Assembly (NCBI RefSeq): GCF_036321535.1 | Contig: NC_087436.1 | Location: 52,330,001 to 52,394,000 of the forward strand | DNA from: Camelus dromedarius | Taxonomy: Eukaryota | Direction of reading: 5' to 3' | DNA length: 64,000 nucleotides | Part shown: positions 12,477 to 25,500 of the stretch, in pieces | How positions within the stretch are numbered: position 1 is the stretch's first letter | Layout: each line of letters begins with the position of its first letter | Notes under the pieces: generated by a model | The model's input: only the letters and a program-made list of their open reading frames with translations | What the model was told of the DNA's origin: nothing | The model's database searches: none | Made by a program: the position numbers and the translations under genes

Positions 12477-12950
12477 ATGTGGTATATATGTATATAATGG
12501 AATACTACTCAGCCATGAAAAAGAATGAAATAATGCCATTTGCAGCAGCATGGTTGGAGCTGGAGACTGTCGTACTAAGTGAAGAAAGCCAGAAAGAGAA
12601 AGAAAAATACCATATGATACCACTTAGATGTGGAATATAAAAGAATGACACAAATGAGCTTATTTACAAAACAGAAACAGACTCACAGACATAGAAAACA
12701 AACTTATGGTTACTAGGGGAAAGTGGAGGGTAGAGAGATAAATTGGGAGTTTGGAATTTACGGATACTAACTACTATATATATAATAGATAAACAACAAG
12801 GTCCTACTACTGTATAGTACAGGAAACTATATTCAGTACCTTATAATGGCCTATAAAGGAAAAGAATATGAAAAAACCAAATCACTATGCTGTATACCAG
12901 AAATTAGCACAACATTGAACTGGCTGTACTTCAATAAAAAATAATAATAA
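12477..12950 (+). mobile_element. Young 5'-truncated L1 (cetartiodactyl/camelid-type ORF2 end + 3'UTR)
   Basis: aatggaatactactcagccat...aaacagactcacagacatagaaaacaaacttatggttac...aacaacaaggtcctact...caataaaaaataataataa tail. Confidence 0.9.
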
Positions 12951-13319
12951 TTCATATGCAAATTATTAGCAGTAAAAGATGGGCTACTGTTAGCATTAAA
13001 TGTACTGTTATCACCATCCAAAGATTATCATCAAAGGTGCTGAGACACTCAAGAACACAGGCATAATGAAATGTAAGAAGATAAGGACCACTTACTCTAT
13101 ATTTAAAGATTCTCAAGAGGATCAGCAAGATGTCTCTAGTGCTGCCAGATAATTAGCAGGAAAACAAAGGCATAAAACTTAAAATAAGGTTATTCCTTTT
13201 TCATTCAATCAGTCAGACACTGAGAAAAACAAAACAAAAAAACCAAAAAAAAACCCCACAAACAAGCCCAACTTACAACAAGCCAGACACTAGTCTGGGT
13301 GCTGGTCCTACTTGGATGA

Positions 13320-13960
13320 AAAAGGACCCCCTGCTCAGTAGGAGCTTCCAGCCAATTGGGGAAAAGGACATACATAAAGGCAATTTTGCTACAGTTTGGA
13401 AACCTCAAAGAAGGAACACTGTACCAAGGACTAAAAGGGAAAAGTGTAGGGAGAGCTAACCCTGCGTATCCAGGGAGGAGTACAGGGCAGGCAGGTTTTC
13501 AGAGGAAGTAAGATTTGAACTGAGACTTGAATAATGGAGACTGGTGAGATTGCAGGTCTCCCAGCCTCGACCCTATTAGCATTTTGGACTGGGCAATCTT
13601 TTGTGGTAGAGGACTGGCATGTGCCTTGTGATCTGTTTAGCAGCACTCGGGCCCATCCACTACATGCTGGTAGTACCTTTCCCCGAGACACTGCCACGTG
13701 TTTTCTGGGGGAGAAAACTGGCCCAAGTTGAGAACTACTGAGCTAGAGGCAAATGTGCTGGTAACTGGTTGGGGAAAATGGAGGGAGAGAGAGAGCTTCA
13801 GAGACAGGCCACATTGGAACAAAGGCACGTAAGTAAACGAACTGGACGTGTGAGGTACCATGTGGCAGCGAGTGGTTTTCATGATGATGGAGGAGGAAAA
13901 AATGTGTGGTGACCTGGAGAGAGCCTGCAGCAAACCCATATGGGCAGGAGACATAACTGA
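13320..13960 (-). mobile_element. L2 LINE fragment interrupted by MER20
   Basis: Antisense L2 motifs (ctgctcagtaggagcttccag, cagaggaagtaagatttgaactgagacttgaa). Confidence 0.5.
13553..13740 (-). mobile_element. MER20 (hAT-Charlie) with internal deletion
   Basis: cattttggactggg...tgtttagcagcac...ccactacatgctggtagtacc...gttgagaactactg terminus. Confidence 0.85.
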
Positions 13961-16900
13961 AGGATCCTGTGAATCATAGGTCTGAGCGAGGCCTCGGCCG
14001 ATCATGGGGAACCAATGCCAGCATACACACCAATTAGGTGGTTGCAAATAGATTGTGATGACTCATTCTGAGCAAAAAAGCTGCGTTCTTCTGAAAGGCA
14101 GACTGGAGGCATCCTAACAATCAGACAGCTCTTTCCTAAAGAGAACCAAACGTGGTCGAGCATGGGGAGAGGACTGTGGGATTCACATCAGGCTTTAAGC
14201 CATGCCCATAGATGGCATTAGACTCTGTGATGGAATATCTTCCAAGTTGACAGCATCAGTGTATTTAGCAAGGCCTCGTTAATAACTAATGTGTTGTTGA
14301 GCGAGCTGCCCTATTTAGGTAGATTTTCCAATATGGTTGATAAAAATCTATGCAGTGCTTCAGTCTACCCCTTTTAAACTTTATCTTTTAAAAAATATTA
14401 CCTTGCACTGCATTCTTAGAATAGAAAAAACTAATTGCATTTTCCTTGATGGCTTAAGGGGTTCACTTTTAGGTTGGTGTCTCTAAAGGGTGGCCTCATG
14501 TATTTCAGATCCTTTGGCAGTTTAAATGGTCCAACTACTGCAATTGTGTTTTTAACTTTCCGTATCATTATTATAGCTAGATGTCAGGCATAGATTTTCA
14601 CAACATTCTCATTTTGTTGTTATCTTTTGCCATCATTCAAAAATACTTTTGGTAATCTTTTTATTTCCTGAGAAACATTTGCTTAGATTTATATGTAAAA
14701 ACAGCCAATAAGTTATGGATAATAAACACAAATGCTTACATAGTATTTAATATATGCCAGGCAGTGTTTTAAGTTTTAAAACTTTTCTGTGTGAACAGTG
14801 TTTGGGTCTTAGTGCATAGAGTTATTGCACTATGCTAGTGGTCTTTTCCCTTAATTTTGAAGTTCATTTCTATGTTCTAAAGAGTTAGAGTTGTTACAAG
14901 TTTGACTTTCAACTGAAAAAAGGGGGGGGGGATTCTATTAATATATATGGTATAGCCCTTTTAGTAATTGCTAAACTCAGAAATCAGATTAAACTTTTAG
15001 CAATTTAGAACTTTAGAACAAATAAAGCTGACAGATGTAGAGTAAGATCCTTCGAAAGGAAAATACATTAGGCCTAAGACTCATGCCCACATCCAGACTC
15101 ACATCTTTTGGCTTCTTTAAAACAGGAAGCCACTTCTGCTCCCTTATCAAATGACTAAAGCATGCATGCTCACAAACACAGCCTCTAAGTCCAGGCAGGC
15201 CAAGAAATTCAGGGATTTGAAGAAAAGGACAAGTGCTCCGGGATGGACGTATTCAAAAGGCCTGGAAAGAAACGCTGGGAGGGTTGCCCTCTCTTCCTAT
15301 GACACATCACAACTTCTGGTAGGAAATCAAGAAAGGAAACTGGGCAACCATGATGATTAGTCACAAGGAAGGAGACAGCGAGCGTTCTGAAGCCAGCAGC
15401 TGCAGAACAATGGGAACTGTGAGAGGCTATTTTTGTTTGGTTTCAACAATGAGTTGAACCTGGTGGAACTGACAGTGTACTCTGCCTGCTCTCACTCTTC
15501 TCTTACTAAAAGTAGAAAGTTTCCGTGCCAAAAAATACTTATCTTTTTCCTGCTTAAGAATGATTAAAATGCCACTCTGCTTTTTCATCTTCATGTTTAT
15601 CTCAAGATGAACTTCTTATGAACATAAAAATATTCAAGCGTACAAAAATGACAGGTATCTGTTATTGTGTTTCCACTGCTACTGTTTAGCTGTTATTTAA
15701 AAGGCTGGGATTTGGAATACTGAACTTGGAATTATAATGTCTTGGGGACCTCCCTTGGCAGTAGGTATGGAAAGAAGTAGCCAAAGACCTTCAGTAGCAG
15801 ATGGCTTATGCAGTGACTCTCATGTTTTTGTTGTTTTCGTTTTGTTTTTAATTGCAGATGGTGCCATAGCAAAAATAAAAATCCACCTTAGAAAGATTTG
15901 ATTACTCCCTACATTTTTCCCACTGCATTCCAAACTGCCCCAAAGTGAAGGCAGATGAAATCTTTACAATATCAAATCAGAAAATAAAACTTTGTACAGA
16001 ATTGCAAAACTGACGAAAAAACTTTTGGCAACTCATTGGCTTTGGAGAAACTGTTTCTGGGTTTGGCAGTGTCTTCCCAACTACTAGTGGTTCTTCAGAA
16101 CAGACCTGACTTAAGGAGATAGAATACTTTTTCACAAGCTTAGACCAGCCCTTTGAGCTGAAAGTCTGAAAGCCCCAAGGCAGCCTTCAACCAAGTGGGC
16201 ACAGGGACCATAGAGGGGTACAGGGATGATTGTGGTAGGCATCTACTACTAATTCAATTTGTGCCTTGGAGAAAATGGGAAACTTCAGGCACATTCTCTT
16301 AAAAAAGCTGTCTTGGAATTCCAGAGAGGTGAAAACACCTGGAAAAGTTTTGTGTCTTTGGCAGGAGCCATGCCAGGCCACAGAAAGATACAAACAAGAA
16401 AGAGTACAGAATAAGTTTGGTGAGGTGGAGGAGTCTGGGAAAAGATGGTGAACTGGAGGAGGAGATGAGCAGGAAGAGCTCCCATAGACTGCTTCTGATT
16501 CTTGAGTCTTCTTCAATGCTTCTCTGTTTCTTAACTTTGCTAACATCTCTGAGATTTGAGTGAATTGTTCTGGTCCCTTTCTTCCAACCTACCAGTGTAG
16601 GCACAAAGATCATGCCATTTCTAGTGGAAGTCTCTGCTTTGATCACTCAGCATTTATTCTCCCTCTTCCTGGTTAAGTTTCTTCCACGTGAGCCCACTAT
16701 ATTTTACCTGCTGGATACCATCAAGCATTAAAACATGTGATCCATGCAGTTTCTTGGGATTCTACTTTTAAGCAAAGCCTCAAAAATGCTTCAGAAAGTT
16801 AGAGTTCATTCTCTGCAAGGGTAGCATTTGAAAAGGCTGTTCATCAGTTTCTGCTACCTAGACTCCCCAGAGCTGATTTTTTGTCCCTCCATAGCATGGT

Positions 16901-17088
16901 TCTTTACTTTAATTATGATTCTGTGAGCTATTCTAATACATTCCCTTCCTATTTGCCAGTTTTTGCTGTGATCATTTGGAAGATTGCATTACCTTCCTAG
17001 ACCACCACATGCAGCCAAAGTGCCATTTTATTTGAAATATTCTCAGGCTGATGTACATAGTGTCAGTCTTCAGTGGTCTGTGTAGAAA

Positions 17089-17205
17089 TGAGAGAGAGAG
17101 GAGAAAAGAAGGGAAGGAGGGAGGGAAGGGAAGGAAGGAGGGAAGCGAAGGAGGAGAGGGAAAGATACAGAAAAAGAGAAAAAAGAGAGCATAGGGGAAG
17201 AAATA
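17089..17205 (+). repeat. GA-rich low-complexity purine tract
   Basis: (GA)n/(GGAA)n/(GGGA)n mosaic, almost pyrimidine-free. Confidence 0.85.
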
Positions 17206-17529
17206 AGATTAGGAAGCCAGTTATTGGAGGACCAATAAAGCTTAAGTTAGATTCAATAAATTACATATTGTGCCATTTCTGATACATGTCCTGTCTCCAT
17301 TTTATTGCTTGTTTTGTTTAGTTCTGATCTACAGATCAAGCCCTGCGTAACAATCTGCAGTTCACTCCATCCTCCCACAGAACCAATAGAGTTTATGAGG
17401 ATAGACAATCAGAGGCAAATGCTTAAGATTTATGTGATTTGACAATCATAAATAACATAACTTAATTTTTAACTTTTCTGAGAAAAGCAATGGTGAGCTT
17501 AGTCAACTTACACTTTGCACCACTTTTTC

Positions 17530-18580
17530 TCCCTTTTATTCTTTTTAAATGTATCTTAAGTATACACCTATCCTTTTTCTGCTATTTTCCTATCGTATTG
17601 TAGTTAGTTGGATTTTATCTCTCACTAGTATTCTTGAGAGGCTTGTGTGAAGATGTTCCTTGAGTTCATGCAGATACATCTGAAAAAATGTTTGTCTATA
17701 GCTTTATACTTGAAGGACAGTCTGACTAGGTATAAAAAGCTTGACTCATACTTTCTTTCCTTGTAAGTTTTTCTTCACTGTCTTCTGGTAGTGAAGTCTG
17801 ATATCAGTTTGATTGTTTTTCACTTAAAACCCACCTGTTCCCTGCTGCACAAAGATTCTTTATCTTTAAAATTTTTAGATAATTTTTTTCAAGTTTTGTC
17901 TCAATATTGACCATTCTGTGTTACAGTGTATCCCTTCTGGGTTATGGTTTCCTCTTCAAGAAATAGATCTAAGTCTTTTATATAAGAAATTTTTCTTGAA
18001 CTACGTTTTAAGATACCCATTCTCTGCCATTGTTCTGGTTGTCTTTGGAGTTCCAATTCTGTGAACATTGTGTATATTTTTTCTTTTATATATCATATTT
18101 TCTTCATGTATTTTCCATATTCTTTTTTCATACCTTTATTTCTGTTTATTTTATTTTCTCATATATATCACTTTCTTCTTTTTTTTTTTTTTTTTAAATG
18201 GAGGTACTGGGGATTGAACCCAGGACTTCATGTATGCTAAGCATGTGCTCTCCCACTGAACTGTAACCCCCCATATATATCTCTTATTGTGCTTTCTTTG
18301 GTGTCACTATCTCTTGTGATCCTGTAGTTTAATTTTGTTTCTAAAATAATTCTTTCCAAATTTCATCAGTGTTCACTTTATCACATATGTCTAGACATCC
18401 AACTTCTCTTATCCTCTTGTCTCTTACCTTCCTAAGTCCTTGTATTTCCTTCACAGCTGTAATTGCTTCTCCAATCATGGTGAAAGGTTGTGTTGTAATT
18501 TTATCTTTTTGAGGCAACATTTTTTCTGGGGAATTTTCTTTCAAAATAAAGCATTCTCTGTTTTTATAGTATCTTTGAAA
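17530..18580 (-). mobile_element. Ancient L1/HAL1-like ORF1-region fragment
   Basis: ctttatacttgaaggacagtctgactaggtataaaa...aagtctgatatcagtttgatt. T-rich antisense L1-like composition. Confidence 0.55.
18174..18271 (-). mobile_element. Camelid tRNA-Ala-derived SINE (vic-1 type, short form)
   Basis: Minus strand gggggttacagttcagtgggagagcacatgcttagcatacatgaagtcctgggttcaatccccagtacctcc + A tail. 14-bp TSD catatatatc(a/t)ctt at 18160-18173 and 18272-18285. Confidence 0.9.
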
Positions 18581-18584
18581 AGCT

Positions 18585-18880
18585 TGTATTAGTTTCCTAG
18601 GGCTGCCATAAAAATGTACCACAAGTTGGATGGCTTAAAACAACAAGTGTATTGCCTCATAGTTCTGGAGACTAGAAGTCCAAAATCAAAATGTCAGATT
18701 GGACATGCACCCTCTGAAAACTGTAGGCGAGAATCCTCACCTTTTCATGGTTTGCCAGCAACCTTTAACATCCCTTGACTTGCAGCTCCAGCACTTAAAT
18801 CTATGCTTCTGTTATCACAGGGCATTCTCCTCTTATGTCTCTGTGTCTCTTCTATTCTTATAAGGACACTAGTCATACTG
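18585..18880 (-). mobile_element. MaLR LTR (MLT1B/C-like), partial
   Basis: tgtattagtttcctagggctgccata...ggcttaaaacaaca...ttctggagactagaagtccaaaatcaa...cttataaggacactagtcat. Confidence 0.85.
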
Positions 18881-18988
18881 CGTACCTTCCTCACCCTCCT
18901 CCTCTTTCTCCACCTCCTTCTTCTAATTTTTTTTTTCTTTTTTAAAAGTGAGGTTTTAAGCTTGGATCTGAGTTTAATTGCTTTAGAT

Positions 18989-19183
18989 CAGCACCAGCCA
19001 ATAAAAATTTCTGCCATAAAGGGGATGTTTTATCTGTGCTGCCCAATATGGTAGCCACTGGCCACACAAGGCTATTGAACACTTAAAATATGGCTAGTGT
19101 ACTCAAGAAACTGAATTTTTAATTTAATTTAACAAATTTAAATGGCCATGTACGGTTAGTGGTTATCCTACACATCAGTGCAG
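18989..19183 (+). mobile_element. MER3 (hAT-Charlie), near full length
   Basis: ccaatatggtagccactggccacac...gaaactgaatttttaattt. 8-bp TSD (c/t)tttagat at 18981-18988 and 19184-19191. Confidence 0.85.
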
Positions 19184-19552
19184 TTTTAGATGAGGGGAAG
19201 GGGGAGGTAGAAGCCAGGAGAAGGAGAGGATCAAGGAAGGAAAAAAGAGAAGACACAATGTGCATGCACAATGGAATAAAAGAGAAGTAAAGATGTTTAG
19301 GTAGGTTTTTATTGGATGTTTTTATCTAATACGTGATGTAACATTTCCCTCTAACAATCTTTTCACAGAAAGTAAAATTTCTAATTCTTACTAATACATT
19401 GTGGAAAATGTTTCCTTTTGAAAAATGAACAGAAATACTGAGTTATGCTCCGAAGTTGCTGTGAAGTTGTGCATTTGGATCTGGTCATATCTAGGTGATG
19501 ATGTTGCCTGATTGTTATTATTAAAATCTTCTCACTATTTTCTTGGAAACAG

Positions 19553-19610
19553 GCTGCTTGCAAGTGGGGAGGCATAGATTTTCTACTAAATTGAAGTTTC
19601 TAGAGTCCGG
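19553..19610 (+). other. Candidate 58-nt internal exon (unknown transcript)
   Basis: Branch-like ctcac plus pyrimidine tract and acag| acceptor; donor CGG|gtgagt; unique sequence. Only one frame is open (xCLQVGRHRFSTKLKFLES), and I do not recognise it. Confidence 0.3.
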
Positions 19611-20476
19611 GTGAGTGCTTGACCCAAGAAAACATACATCTACGGAAAAGGCTTAAGATCCTTTGCCCTATTCAATGCAAGCATTATATTACACGAAAGA
19701 AACAGATATTAAAATGTAGCAGTTATCTCCTAGAATGTGGAAGCTTGGGAAGTAAATATTTTCATGGTTACTTGTACAAGACAGGTATTTCCATCATTGT
19801 TATTTGAGCATTTTAAATACAGAGCTAATATTTAGAATTTTATAGTTATTGCAGTAAGTGCATGGTATCTTTTCTCCCCTTCCTTGTCGTGGGTAAGTGG
19901 GGAACCATCTCATGGCCGCTGGAGTGATGAGTTCATCAGAAAATCAAACTTTTAAAAACAAATAGTTTGAAATATATAATTATAGATGTAAATGGAGCCC
20001 AGATTAAATACCTACCAAATACAATGTGTTACCATTGACCCATGTGTACTATAATCCCTGTCATCAAATCTTGAAAACTCACATGGTTTCTGCTTGTTTT
20101 TTTTTAATGTGCTGGTAATCACTTTTTGAGGTTCATTCAGTATCAGCTCATAGAGTCACTTGTTGCTGAGAACAAATGACACCAATGCAGAATCTATTAT
20201 ACGTGTAAGCCATCACTACTTTGGTTTACTCTAGATTGACATTGTGCTTATGTTACCGTTCACATTTGCAAAGAAAATCATACACACATCAAACGTATGC
20301 TCTATTTTCCAACACTAGAATGTAATTCAATTGTTTTCCATTTAAAATATCTCATCATAGGCTAACACATACACCTGGATCAAAACGTACAGAATTTTTA
20401 TGAGCTCTGGCAATTTTCACCAGTACTTATACATTTCGAAATCTTCTTTTCATCCCTGATTTACTGATAGTCCTAC

Positions 20477-20546
20477 CTTGTTTCCATGGCAATTTCTTCA
20501 GTTTTTATAGCATCAGGTTTTCTGACATAAATCTATCTGTTCACAC
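20477..20546 (-). other. Candidate 70-nt exon with Kozak ATG overlapping an RFX X-box
   Basis: Minus-strand acceptor tttctcttctgcacttctcag|, donor AAG|gtagga, and GCCATGG near the 3' end. Plus strand GTTTCCATGGCAAT (20480-20493) is X-box-like. Confidence 0.3.
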
Positions 20547-21309
20547 CTGAGAAGTGCAGAAGAGAAATCACTGTTATAAAGTCTAGTCATCCTCATGCCC
20601 CTGAGTTACCAACAGATAAACCTAAGTGGATTTCATCAACTGTATTTGGTTGTCAAAGACCGTTCAGCCAGTAAACTTGTATTCCTCATCTAAGTTCAAG
20701 CAGGAAGATTTACCAATGACAAAAATCTTTATAGCAGCCCCAAATTGTGAAACAGATCATGGAGCAAATTTCACATCAGTTTGAGGCAGGTTAATGGTAT
20801 TAAAGATCTCTTGATTCTATTTAATAAACTGGTTCCAAGTGTTTTTATCCATTTAAACTATACTAAAAAACACCGCTCTGGAGCTTGTAACCAACTGAGT
20901 TTATATGTTACAAATCCACTGGTACAAGAAGCCCAAGATTCCTTAGCAGAAGTAAAGTATGTCATGCATGAGGGTTAGACTTCATTCTTCAAATAAATTG
21001 ATAGTCAAGTAGTGCTCCCCAATTTTGGCATAAAATATAAGCTCATTAATTCAGACACCATTGATTTGGACTTTTAAAATGATTTCTGTAGTATTTGAAC
21101 CATGATCTATTTTTTCATGTTCTGGGAGGTAAAAGTTGACTAAACAAAATGAGGAAGTTATGACAACCTATTTCAGAGCAGCTTAAAAAATAGTAAGGAA
21201 AATGATTTCAGAAATAATGCATAAACTGCAATCAAACTTTACCTTTATCAGAGCAGGTCTGACATACCTCTACTAGCAAGGCACATCTTGTGTTCTTTTC
21301 CAGATCTAT

Positions 21310-22040
21310 GGCCTTGATGTTTCTCAGTATTCTGGCTTCTTATCTTCAGTCTCTGCTTCTTTTGGTGACTCATTACTGACCTTCTCAATCCCAGATAAGC
21401 TTATTGAAAGCTGAGCCTACTCTCACCATCTTCACTTCCTGTTCATTCTTTAGCTCCCTGCAATGTAGCCTCATATTCCATTTTTTTTTCTCAGTTAAGT
21501 CACAGTATTATTATGGCCAAAATCAAGTATGCATTCAAGACTTGTTCTCATTAGACCGCTCTACTGTATCTCATGCAGCTGATCAATTTCTCATTAAACT
21601 TTTGGCTTTGATGAGCTGTCACTCTTTTGCTTAAATCCCTCAGTAAACTGTCATTATCTCTATAGAAAAGTCCAAAGCCTGACCTAAAGCCTTCATATTC
21701 AAGATCTTGATTACCCTTCACTTTCATCTTTGGCCCTCTTTCTAACATTCCTCTATCCCCTGTCAATAGTCAGTGTATCACTAAACTGAGGTCATACTGA
21801 GTCTTTTTTGATGCTGTGAATTTACCATATCCTTTCTCGACTATTAACCCTTCCCAGAACACACTTTCTTTAATCCTCATTAACCTCACATTTCTTTTAC
21901 CCTGAGCTTAGCCATCATTTCTTGCAGAAAGTCTTCTCTGATGTCCAAGTCCTAATTAGTGGCTCTCTCTATGAGCTTTTGTAGGACCGTGCATTTCCCT
22001 TACCATTGCCTTTATTGGAATGTAATTGCCTCCTTAATTT
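21310..22040 (+). mobile_element. L2 LINE fragment
   Basis: aaaagtccaaagcctgacc...aaagtcttctctgatg...gtaattgcc, L2 3' region. Confidence 0.55.
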
Positions 22041-22044
22041 CCTT

Positions 22045-22504
22045 GGCAAGTTTTGGTATAGTACCAAAGAAGAAAATTCATGGTTGTCTGAAAAGGATAA
22101 TTAAATACTCCTCTTTTATCTAACTATATTTGTGTGAGGCTAGCATTTCTTCATATACTTCAAGCAAATAACATGTCACACTGGCCTAAATGTAAAAGCT
22201 GCTGTTTTAGATATACCAGAAACTGCTTTTATTAAGTCAGATAGATTTCCAAGAAATGTAAAACAGTGTCACTCTTCTAATTTTTTTTTCTGTTTTGGAG
22301 AATGTAGTTATTTTTTTATAAACATGCTTATATGATATAATGGATTATGTTAAAATAAATTATTGATTTAGTATTTTAAATTTTCTCAGTTTTAGTTTAT
22401 AAATTATATTAATGGATATAAATTAAAAAAATTAAGTCCTTTGAGATCCTCAGTAATTTTAAATCTGTATTAGACTTCTGAAACAAAAAATTTTGAAAAC
22501 TGCT
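22045..22504 (+). mobile_element. Charlie1-like hAT transposon 3' end
   Basis: Decayed hATC-coding region (aaatactcctctttt...atttgtgtgaggctagcatttcttcatatacttcaa) and terminus aaaaattttgaaaactgct. Confidence 0.75.
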
Positions 22505-22509
22505 ATTTA

Positions 22510-25500
22510 GGAAAACTGACAACAGTATTGAGTTTTCTACTCTCAGAGCATGGTATATGTCTATTTTTTTAGGTCTTTAATTTCTCCTGGTATTACTTTG
22601 TAGTTTTTAGTGTAGAGATCTTGTAATAATTTATTAAGTTCTTTTCTCATTTTATTTTTTGAAGAAATGTGGGCAGTTTTATTTTTTTATAACAATATGT
22701 ATTTTTAATTTTCCTTTTCACATTGTTTCCTATTAGAATATAGAAATACAATTGAATTTGCCTCAATTTTGTATTCTGTGACCTTGCTAAATTCACTTAT
22801 TCTAGTCATTGTTTTGTGAATTCTTAAAGATTTTGAATGCAAACTATTATATAATCTACAAATAAACAAATTTTACTTCCTTTTCTGTTTTCATGCCTTT
22901 TATTTGTCTTGCTGTTGTAGTTATATCTACTAGTAAAATTTTGAATTGAAGTGGTGAGAGCAGATTTTTTTCTTTTTCCTTATCTTAAAGGGGAAGATTT
23001 TTGTCTTTGACCATGTGACATATAGGATTTTTGTTTTATTTGTTTTGTTTTTGTAAATGTCTTTTACTAGGTAAGAGAAGTTGCCTCTTATTCATAGTTT
23101 AATAAGAGTTCTTAACTATGGATGAGAGATGAATGGGTGGGTGTTGAATTTTGCCAAATACTTCTTTTGTATCTTTCTACATCTCTGTGAGTTAACCATT
23201 TGCATTGCTATTTTTATTCAGTTAATATAGAGAATTAATACATTGATTGATTGATTTGAATGTTTTAACTATCTTTACTTTCCTGATATGGAAACCATTT
23301 TGTCATGATATATTTACCTTTTTTTATATTGCTGAATTAAACCTGCTAATATTTTATTAAAAATTTTTGCATTTTATTAAATATATTGGTCATCAATTTT
23401 AGGTCGTGGTAATGTCTTTGTCAATTTTGTGTCAGGGTTTACTGGCCTACTTAAAGAAGTTGGAAGTGTTCCCTCCTTTTCTATTTCTTGAAGGAATTCT
23501 ACTGAGACTAGCATTGTTCTTGAAATGTACTGTAGAATCCACAGTGAAACAATCTGGAATAGGAGTTTGTGAGAAAGTATTTGATAACAAAGTTGACCTT
23601 TCTAATAAATATAGGCTATTCACTTTTTAAAAATTTCATCTTGAGTCAGTCTTAATAAATTGTGTGCCTCAAGAAAATTGTCTATTTAATTTAAATGATA
23701 AAGTTGTTCATAACATTCTTTCATCCTCCTTTTAAAATCTATAAAGTAAAATAGATATTTGTTTATTTCTGATGCTAATGAATTATGTTTTATCTCTTTA
23801 TTATTATTATTATTTGGCCTTTACTGACTTTATTAATCTTTTTGAAGAACAAAGTTTTGGCTTTGCCAGTGTTCTAGTTTTTGTCTTCTTTTTCACTGAT
23901 TTCTGATATTATCTTTATTTGTTCCTTCCTCTATTTATTTTGGGCTTGATTTTATTCCTTTATTTCTTAGCTTCTTAATATAACATTGATTATATAACTA
24001 GTTATGAACTGGTCTCTAAGCTCTGCTGTAGCTGCCTAACATGTATTGTAATATGCTGAATTTAAAAAATTTCTAAAGCCTTTCATGATTTCTTCTTTGG
24101 CCCACTAGTTGTTTAGAACTGTGTTATTTTATTTCCAAATAGTTGGGGTTTTTCTAGATATCTTACTGTTAACTGATTTCTAATTTATTTTCACTAAAGT
24201 ACGTACTCTGTAATATTTCAGTTATTGAGCTCTATGAAGACTTAGTTTATGATGCAGCATATAGTTCATAAATGTGCCCTGCATATTTTTTAAAAAAACT
24301 GCTTTATATATTTGTTGTAGATAATGTTTTACAGATACCAGTTAGCTCAAAGTGGTTGGTAGTGCTGTTCTGATCTTCAGATAATGTAACTGATTTTTCA
24401 TCTAGTTATTGTATCAACTGCTTTTAAAAAAATTACATCAGCTCATTTCTGTTCTCTCAGTTACTGAGAGAGGAGTGTTAAAATCTCCAAATATGATTAA
24501 GATTGGGTTACTTTTCCTTCTAGAGTTTTCAGCTTCTTACTCAAATTTTAAAGCTCTGTTTTCAGGCTGCACACATTTCTTCCCTTTTGATTCTTTTATC
24601 ATTATGAAACATCCCACTGTATCTGTTTTTCTTAACCTCCTATACATCCATCTTCCCATCCGGTGTCATTTCTCTTTGTCCTCAAGTAATTTAACAGCAA
24701 TAAATTCTCTCGGATTTGTCTATCTGGGAAATCTTTATTTTGGCATCATTTCCAACACATAATTTTGCTGAATGTAGAATTCTGGATTGGCAGTTATTTT
24801 TCCTTCTCTTTCAGTACTTTAAAGATGTTCTTCCAGTGTGTTGTGGCTGTAATTCTCTCTGATAATGCAAACATTATTTTTTATCATTTTTACTCTGTAT
24901 ACAATGAGTCATTTTTCTAGCTGCTTTCAATATTTTTTTGTATTGGTTTTTTAGCAGTTTGTGATGTGGCTTATATTAGTCAGGGTTCTTCAGAGAAACA
25001 GAACCAATAGGAGATACAATGTAATCTATGTATTTAAATATATTACATGTATACAGAGAGAAAGTGAGAGAGAGAGAAAGAGAGAGAGAGAGATTATAAC
25101 AAATTGGTTCATGTGATTATGGAGGCTGAGAAGGCCCATTATCTGCTGTGTACAAGTTGAAGACCAAGGAAAGCCAGTGATGTAATTCTAGTCTGAGTCT
25201 GAAGGCCTGAGAATCAGGGGAGTAGATGATGTAAGTCTTAGTCCTTGGACCAGGAGGACTAGGAGAAAACTGACGCCTTAGCTCAAGCAGATCAAGCAGG
25301 CAGTCATGAAAAAAAGAAGTAAATTCCTCTTTCCTCTGCTTTTTCTTCTATTCAGGCCCTCTGCAGATTAGATGATGCCAAGTCATTTTTGGGAGGACAA
25401 TCCACTTTTTCAGTCCACCAGTTCAAATGCTAATCTTATTTAGAAACACTCTCACAGACAAACCTAGTGGTGTTTAATCTGGGTACCCTATGATGCAGTC

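Noticed and set aside
14916..14931. A-run/G10 homopolymer junctions (also 46672-46691)
   Set aside because: These are single G-runs with no four-tract G-quadruplex pattern, so ordinary homopolymers.
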